NCBI RefSeq assembly: GCF_030144855.1
Contig: NC_082731.1
Span: 25,234,001-25,298,000, forward strand
Reading direction: 5' to 3'
Source: Hypanus sabinus
Taxonomy: Eukaryota
DNA: 64,000 nt
In this document: positions 13,171 through 20,480 of the stretch, in pieces
Position numbering within the stretch: position 1 is the stretch's first letter
How the letters are laid out: each line of letters starts with the position of its first letter
Position numbers and translations under genes: made by a program
The notes under the pieces: generated by a model
Told to the model about the DNA's origin: nothing
Database searches by the model: none
The model's input: only the letters and a program-made list of their open reading frames with translations

Positions 13171-13384
13171 ATATTTGCGTTAGAACAGTCAGGAAGGACC
13201 TTCCTCATCAGTTGCAAAGATCGTGAGTGGAAATAGCACCATAGCTATTGCTCATTAAACCAGACGCTTTCTCGCTCAAAGCTAATTCGGAAATAGTGCA
13301 GCAATTGCCTAAATCTAGTGAGCAACCGTCAGAGGTTCCAATGTCCAGTTCTGAGGAATAACGTACCACGGCAGTCTGGAATCC

Positions 13385-13396
13385 GTCATTTAAACC
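13385..13396 (+). promoter_or_regulatory. Possible TATA-like element of the NAR V1 promoter
   Basis: CATTTAAA about 30 bp upstream of the ATG; CATATAAA at the same position in cassette 2 (55735-55742). Confidence 0.3.
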
Positions 13397-13419
13397 ATCT
13401 GACACCCGGAGACAAAACA

Positions 13420-13462
13420 ATGAACTTCCTATTGAGCGTCACGTTCTGCCTCTGTTTTCGCC
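13420..13462 (+). CDS. NTCRV: NAR-TCR V leader exon, cassette 1 (MNFLLSVTFCLCFR)
   Basis: ATG at 13420, hydrophobic signal peptide, phase-1 donor C|GTGAGT at 13463; splices in frame to the V exon at 13603; paralog at 55768. Confidence 0.9.
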
Positions 13463-13602
13463 GTGAGTACCGATTACAAATTTTCACATTTACGACTTAA
13501 ATATAAACCTGAACAAATTAGAATTTTATGAAGTCGTAGTAGTAGCTGCCTTGCCTGTTTCACTTCTAATGCTCTTCGCCTCTCCATATTCTTCATTTCC
13601 AG

Positions 13603-13899
13603 TCTTCTTCAGCCAGTCCGTGACCCAGACCCCGGCAGTGGTGAGGAAAAATGAATGTCAGTCTCTCACCATCACATGCAGGTTCCATAAAAAATCGTCA
13701 AGCGATCAATTTATAACCGCACAGTTCTTCAAACAGACGCGGCCAGGAACGGGGAGAGAGCCGATCAACACTGGAGGAAGAATTACTACATCGGAAAATA
13801 AAGCAGAAATGACAATTACCATGAAAATTATGAATGCTGGAGTCAAGGACAGCGCCACCTATTTCTGTAAAGTTAAATACAGATTTAAATCTTACTCTG
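13603..13899 (+). CDS. NTCRV: IgNAR-type V exon (NAR-TCR V), cassette 1
   Basis: Acceptor TTCATTTCCAG; FFSQSVTQTPAVVRKNECQSLTITC...DSATYFCKVKYRFKSYS; short FR2/CDR2 region typical of NAR V; extra FR1 Cys; followed by a 23-RSS; open frame. Confidence 0.9.
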
Positions 13900-13938
13900 C
13901 ACAGAGGTTAGAAAGGGATTGTGTCCGTGCTCAAATCC
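13900..13938 (+). other. 23-RSS of NAR-TCR V1
   Basis: Heptamer CACAGAG, 23-bp spacer, nonamer CTCAAATCC (non-consensus). Confidence 0.8.
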
Positions 13939-14248
13939 TCGCTGTAATTTATCCCATCAACAGCTTAAGGAGGAGGCTCAATCGGCCGGTAATTGAACGA
14001 AGCTCTTCCCATACGTTCCATCTAGTATTGCTTATAATGGGACAGGAAGTTTACTGTTAATATTCCAGTTATTTTCTCCTTTCTGAATTTGCAGGTATAA
14101 AATAATCTTTTGCAATTTCTTTATAACAACAGCAAATGAAATAGTTTTCCCACTTAACAATCCCTTAATTCAGACTGGACCCTGACCCAACGGCATGGAT
14201 GCTTGAATAGCAGTTGAAAAGCTGTTATCCCCCGCCCATCCCTGTTCT

Positions 14249-14318
14249 GCGTTATGAACTGACATGAAACACTGTGGATTTGGGGAGATACACAAAAGAG
14301 GATAATCGAACAAAAACT
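14249..14318 (+). other. NTCRD: NAR-TCR D segment (coding 14277-14290, GATTTGGGGAGATA) with 12/12 RSS, cassette 1
   Basis: 5' side: GCGTTATGA (weak nonamer), 12 bp, CACTGTG. 3' side: CACAAAA, 12 bp, ACAAAAACT. Conserved in cassette 2. Confidence 0.85.
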
Positions 14319-14619
14319 TTCCGCCCCGATACCGAATATATTTGCAGAGTAGGGAAAAAGATGATTTGTTGACTTACTTTCGCGCTGTGATCCGCTGAAT
14401 ACCATTATACTTCCCCACTTTCAGGATGTTTTCTTTGATTATTGCTGCAGTTTAAGGAGGGGAATTTTGGAAAGTATGATGCGGCATTTTATAGTAATTT
14501 TTGTCATAGGTAGCTTCACAATAGTCTCTGAAACACTAAATGATATTGTTAATGTTTTAAAAGTCTGGCATAGTTGTATACTGTCCAGTAACGGTTGCAG
14601 ATTAGACAGAGTTGAGGAT

Positions 14620-14713
14620 GATTCTTGTAACAGTGAGACTGAGAATCGAATCGCGGTGAGTTTTTACAATGGCTATATAGATGGAACAGGGTCCGTGGTC
14701 ACTTTCATAGTCG
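14620..14713 (+). CDS. NTCRJ: NAR-TCR J segment (coding 14659-14713, SFYNGYIDGTGSVVTFIV) with 5' 23-RSS, cassette 1
   Basis: GATTCTTGT, 23 bp, CGCGGTG; GxG motif without the preceding F/W, as in IgNAR J; phase-1 donor G|GTAAGT at 14714. Confidence 0.88.
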
Positions 14714-16112
14714 GTAAGTATCTTGATTGGCGAAATTTATAAATCATTTTCATCAATGAACTTGCAAGGGCAATCTTGCTGAATATATCAGAAAAAGTTG
14801 CGATTTCGTGATAGAAGCTAGAAGGTCGGGCTTGTGGAAAATATTACGTTAAGATTCAGCCTTGAGCTCCTCTTAGGAAAAGTACAGTTAAAGAACAAAA
14901 AAAAAACAGCGCATCTGTATCAAAGCAGTACAAGTGAAACAGCAAGGGTTCACTGATTTATGCAGAGCGGCTAGTTGTTCTGCCAGCAAGCGGTACTGGA
15001 AGCAGCAGAAGAAAGATAGGTAGTGCCATCAAGTTTGAAGGAGCTTCTTAGGGAAGTCCTGTGCTGAGTGTCTGTGCAGGTCCATAGAAACTGCATGTTG
15101 GATGAGTGAGAAAGAAACCCTTTATCTTTATCAGACTGTAGATACATTTAGTTAGTGGAGACGCCTGGATAAGAATGAGTTTGACAGCCACGTGTAAACT
15201 GTAATGCCAGCGACATTTGAGAGACTGCAGAAGAACATTTTAAGATGAGTTTATATGCAACAAAAGTAGAACAAGCCGTATCAGGGAAAAATAAAAACAA
15301 CATATGCAAACTGAAGGAACTGTGAGTAAAACGAAGGATGACCTGGCGGAGCGAATGGGGAAACATGATCAAATATGCAGAGGGTAGAAACCAAAGCAAC
15401 ACACCCAAAATATTAGATTTTCTCCGCAAGGAGGGTAGCATATAGGAATATCCTAATGAAGTATCTCTGAGTGAAAACATCGTCTGTTTTTCTCTTTTCC
15501 AAAATTGCTGCCTGGTCAACTGAGTTTCTTCAGCACTTCGGTGTTTTGCACCGAATTCTTAGGAAGTTTTATCACTGGGTGTCAGAAATTTAACATTATG
15601 TACTCGTTCTACACAGGTCCTCATCCCAAACATGGAAATTCATTTTCATCTTATGGATCTTAATCTAGTATATCAAAGAACATTTTTATATAGAGAATGA
15701 ATCAGTGGTTGTAAATCAATATATTTTAATCCTTTTTCTCATTCGTTCTAGAGTCAGTCTCAACTCTGTCTAATCAGCAGCAATGATTGGACTCCATTTT
15801 TCGAGGAGCGTGGCTCTGGGAGATTGGGAGGTTTTATATTTTAATTATTACTTCCCGAGAAGTTTCACAATTTCCGCAATTGCATGCAGAAATTCAATTT
15901 TTCCTCCTAGTGGTATAAATTCTCCTTCTGCAGCAACTTCCAATTATTTCTCCACCTCAACAAGTCGCTGGAGTAATTCCCAAAGGCAATAAAAGCATTT
16001 TGGAAACATTGTGAACGCAGACAGCCATTGTGAATCCTTAACCTATTCCTACGTGTGGCGGATCCAGTTATGATAGTCAAGTAATAGTGATGTCTCTTTT
16101 AAATTCCTTCAG

Positions 16113-16418
16113 ATCCATTATCGCTGGTGTCCAGGAGTCCACTTCTACAATCTTCTTATTCTAATGAGGTCGTCACATTAACGTGCGAATATTTCGGATT
16201 TTGTCCATACACGCTACACTGGTACAGGCAGCTGCAAGCAGAGCCTCCAAAACTTCTGTTCCAGAGACATACCTCTGGAGATCAGGATCAGAACAATATT
16301 GCTGAAGGACACTTCTTCGGTTCTCTCGATCGTGAGAGGAAAATCAGCATGTTAATGATTTCGAAACTACAAGTGAGCGACTCGGCTTTGTATATATGTG
16401 CCCTGAGCCGGAGGGGAT
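16113..16418 (+). CDS. STCRDV: Supporting TCR-delta V exon (leaderless), cassette 1
   Basis: Acceptor TTCCTTCAG; J splice gives G+AT = Asp in frame; VVTLTCEYFGFCPYTLHWYRQ...DSALYICALSRRG; extra CDR1 Cys; no leader exon seen between J and this exon. Confidence 0.92.
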
Positions 16419-16457
16419 CACAGTGATAGACAGGAGGAAGCAAGATGCGCAAAAACC
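16419..16457 (+). other. 23-RSS of supporting V1
   Basis: CACAGTG, 23 bp, GCAAAAACC. Confidence 0.95.
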
Positions 16458-16473
16458 TCAATGTAGTGGATTA

Positions 16474-16512
16474 CACAGTGCTTCAGAAGACGAAATGAGC
16501 TGTTCAAAAACA
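16474..16512 (+). other. Second tandem 23-RSS behind supporting V1
   Basis: CACAGTG, 23 bp, TCAAAAACA; conserved at 59233-59271. Confidence 0.8.
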
Positions 16513-19500
16513 TGTAAATGCCAAGACCACAGCGAAAAGACCGAGAATTCCGCAGCAGACTCTCAAGTTCGAAAAGACGCAAAGTTAAATCTTAGCACTC
16601 CATTTACAGTAGTCAATAGTTTATGGGTCATCACCTAAAAGGGAAAACTCGCTGCTAATTCAATGTCGACAGTTCTGGCGTCCTTCGTTTTCGAATGAGT
16701 GCTCCGTCAGCCTCTACTAGAACAAATGTATTGCGGCGAGCTTTCCGTCTGGGATGACGGACGACAATTTTCTTTAAATAATCCTTAATTGACATCTTTA
16801 TTGCGACACGCAGAAAAAAAAAAACAGACCGGGCACCATGACGAGAAGAAGAAGCCAGAAAGATCACGTTCTGTCACATATATACAGCAGAGAGTCGCTA
16901 GAGTCAGGATGCCCCACGATCGCACCAGCGAATAACGGTGTAACCCCGGCGAAAACGTAGCAATATACATCTTACCGTGTGTATCGTAAATTTACTAAGG
17001 AATATTCGTTTAGGGCAATTCTGATAAATTTCATTTTCAGAACAAATTATCAAAATTTAAAGGTCAAATGTGTCCCTTAATTTGCTTCAGTACAAGATCA
17101 TCGATCCATGTAACTCCCTCTTTTGAATCTTCTGTGTGGAACGATTATTTGAATAATTTGAAGGCAATTTCGTACCTTTTCCTGAAAAGTGTTATGCAAA
17201 CATTAGCAGGAACATAGTTATCGGGTTTTGAAATGATATTGAAATAATTGCAATGTGGAATAAATTGGGCTTCATAACTACAAAGACTCAGTGCTTCTCC
17301 ACATTTTACATTTTGCATGAACCAAATGAGAACATTCTATAATGAGATGTTACCAATAAAATTTCAAAACGAATTTAACGGATTCATTTACTTCCCAAAT
17401 CTATCGACAGGGTAATTGAGCGCCCGAGGAAGCTCATTCCTGAACTTCCTATAATTCATGCTATAGATAGACGTGCTATATTTTTTTTTTCTTTTGGTGG
17501 ACGGAAGCTGATAAACATCCGTACTCTTAAAAAAGCTGACAAGGTGTTTTCCCAATTGCAACGCTAAAATATTTTAAGATTCTATTAGCGAATGAAATGT
17601 CATTAACATGAACAAAATGATGATATTATTAAACTGTTGGAGTTCGGAAAGTACAAAAACGATGGACAATCTGCCGTTTGCCATTTCAAGCAGCATAAAA
17701 CAATTAACGTCAGACGGGACAGCACCCTGCGGACGCTTCGTCACGCGCCGCTGTGAGAACTGCTTTAGAAGAACTGCACTATCAATCCTAACATTCTTTC
17801 GTGGAAAGACAATATTATATGTCTATATAATAGTGTTTAAAAAAAATATCTGCATGAATGTTCTACCATCTACGGCATGGATTTCCAGTCACCTATCACT
17901 CTCTTTGTAAAATACACACTATTTCTGATACCTGTGGTACCCATATTTACACGTTGTAAAAGAGGTTTCTATTTTAATCTAGCGAATGCCCTTTTTTCGG
18001 AAGTGAGTATTTCTGAAGCTCCACTTTCCCGCTGCAGGAAGTATCCTCCGGATGTCGAGTGAACTCAGTCCACTTTATGTATGTTAAGTTACAATGAGAT
18101 GGGTATTATTTTTTCTACTCCATAGAGGCATAAAACTGTCCAACTACGATAACTATTTCATCCCGACGCTCAATCTCATCAGTCTACTTTTCCTCCTTCA
18201 AACCCAGCACTCTCTTCTTTTAGACGAAAGGCACAAAACTTTCAAAACTCCAAATGTAGTCCGTTTTACCCCTTATGAATAAACTTGACTACATCCCTGC
18301 TATATTTCATTCCAGGCAATCGGATTTGCTTTCATGGCAGTGACTCAATCCTGAAGTTAATCGTAAGGGACTCACGCATGAGGACTATCAAGTTTGTGTA
18401 CACCTTAGTTGTCCGAAATCTCTCCCAATTTGGAAAATAGTCAACCACTCCGTCCCTACGATTAAGTTACATGGTTTTACAGCTCCATAATGCCTGTTAC
18501 ATCTGTCACTTATTTGTCTATTGTCGTAACTTGTCCTAGCTACTGTGAATGTTCCTTACTCCCTGCTTCCTCAGCAGTATCTAACATCACACCGATGTTT
18601 ATATAATAGAAACCTTTGGAAAAAATAGGCAACCATTCTCTTCTGAATAACCCAAAAAGGAGCCGACCAAACTGCGAATCTTGCTGAACACCATAAATCA
18701 TAGAACAAACGAAAATAAATCCCGCCTTTGCCCTTAGCCAGCTAGCTAATCTTCTACTAATGCTAGCCCCTTTTCTATAATACTGGGGGCTCCTACCTGA
18801 TTATAAGCTTTTGGGCTGCTCCTTGTTTAAGACGTCTGCTACTTTGTCTCTGTGATTTGTTACTTACTTAATTATTGCTGCTCTGCCGTCCTCCCCTTAA
18901 TATGAAACTTGCAATGCTCCTCTCTGATGCATCTGTAGTTCAATTTAATCATAGCGGACTCAATATGTGTTGTCCCTGTCAAATTCCTCGATGAATGTTA
19001 TGATACTGTTGTCACCGCCTACTAATGGTTTTCTCATCTTAGGTTTCTTCCTTCAATTCACGATATTCCACGGAAACAAACAAGGTTTTTATTATTCCCC
19101 CAGATGTCATGAACACATTAAATGTAATTCACAATGGGGAAATTCTTCTAGTTACTTTTAATTGTCTGCTAAAAATATAGCATTTTATGAACATCAAATC
19201 TTATAGGTTAATTTATATGAATGTCCTTAATCAAATTTTGTTGTTTTCGAAACACCAAACCTAGAAAGAAGAAATTCTGCAGTTGCTGGAAATTTTATGT
19301 AGCACATACAGAAGCTGCACAGAAAAGTAGTCAGCAGGTATGAAAGAGAAGTGAATGTCTTAAACTGATGAAGATTTGTGCAGTGATGTGTGCAAGTTAT
19401 GTTTTACTTCGTATGAATCAATTCCCTGAGAGCATTTCTATCCCATTTGAGGTGCGAATGGACTTGGGGAAATATACGGAACGCAGAGCGCATTAATGAA

Positions 19501-20039
19501 TCCAGTCCTTATCGAACTGTTCTTGGTTACTCACCACGTGCGAGGCAGTTTGCTGTCAATCTCTTTAGGGAAAAAAGTACTGAAGTTTCATTTCATTGAA
19601 AAGAAACAGTAAGGGCAGGTCGCCGACTGACCGGGGAAAATGCAGAAGTACAATGCTGCATTGCTTAAAGGGCATTTCCTGAATATGAATTCAGATTTAA
19701 AAAAAACTATAAAGTAATTAAAACAATCTCAAATTTATTTTAATTTCATTGTCTAGTTGAATAACCTCTCCACATTGTTCATTCAGACCAGGGGAGTCCG
19801 GAACAGTGTTAATCATCTCGCATCACGTTATAATTTTCCTCTCAAATAACGACATTGTTAGAAGGAAACTATCACAATCCCTTGCAGTCATGGAAAATTG
19901 CGACTATCCCAACGTGCCATATTAGTTATTTATTTATTTGCATAGAAAACAAAACATGATACAACCCTGAGCGGAATTAAGATATTCAGCACATCGAAAA
20001 TTCTCAGCCAACCAATCCCGCATCCCACTCAACTCCATA

Positions 20040-20480
20040 CACATGCCTGCTCGCAATTCCCTTTGAATCCTTGACAGATCAGAAACGATCAACTTCCGTC
20101 ATAAATGCACTTAGCTTCCACTGCAGTCTGTGTCATTAGCTTTGAACTGAACGGCCGGCCCTGAATGGTCGCACCTTTTATTTCGTCTAAACCGTCGTCC
20201 TTCAGCTGTGAGGCTGTGCACTCTAGTTACGGATAGCCATAGGACACCATCGGAAGCATCCTCCTCATATCCACATTTCTGCTCCTTTCAACATTGGGTT
20301 TCAGTGAGAACTCCCCGCATTTTTCTAAATTCCAGTGTGTATTGGTCCAAAGTTGCCAAACGCTCCTCATGGGTTAATCCCTGAGCCTTCTCGGGGCTCT
20401 CTCCAGTGACGGCACATCCTTTCTGAGAATGCGAACAAAAATACTGTGTGCAGCCTGACGAATGTCTTGTAAATTCTCAG
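20040..20480 (-). mobile_element. Old CR1 3' fragment
   Basis: Degenerate reverse-strand CR1 3' sequence; paralog at about 60870-61330. Confidence 0.5.

Noticed and set aside
14362-14400. Possible extra D (CGCTGTG with a weak nonamer)
   Set aside because: Becomes CGCTATG in cassette 2, and there is no 3' RSS.
14500-14524. Possible second D 5' RSS (AATTTTTGT, 12 bp, CACAATA; paralog CACAGTG at 56876)
   Set aside because: Each cassette keeps only half of a signal and neither has a 3' RSS; at best a remnant.
14467-14742. 91-aa ORF overlapping J (paralog 56835-57080)
   Set aside because: Explained by the open J frame and its upstream RSS; it reads through the splice donor and is not a gene.
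15783-15992. Short ORF as a possible leader for the supporting V
   Set aside because: Not signal-peptide-like, no suitable donor, and differs in cassette 2; consistent with a leaderless supporting V.
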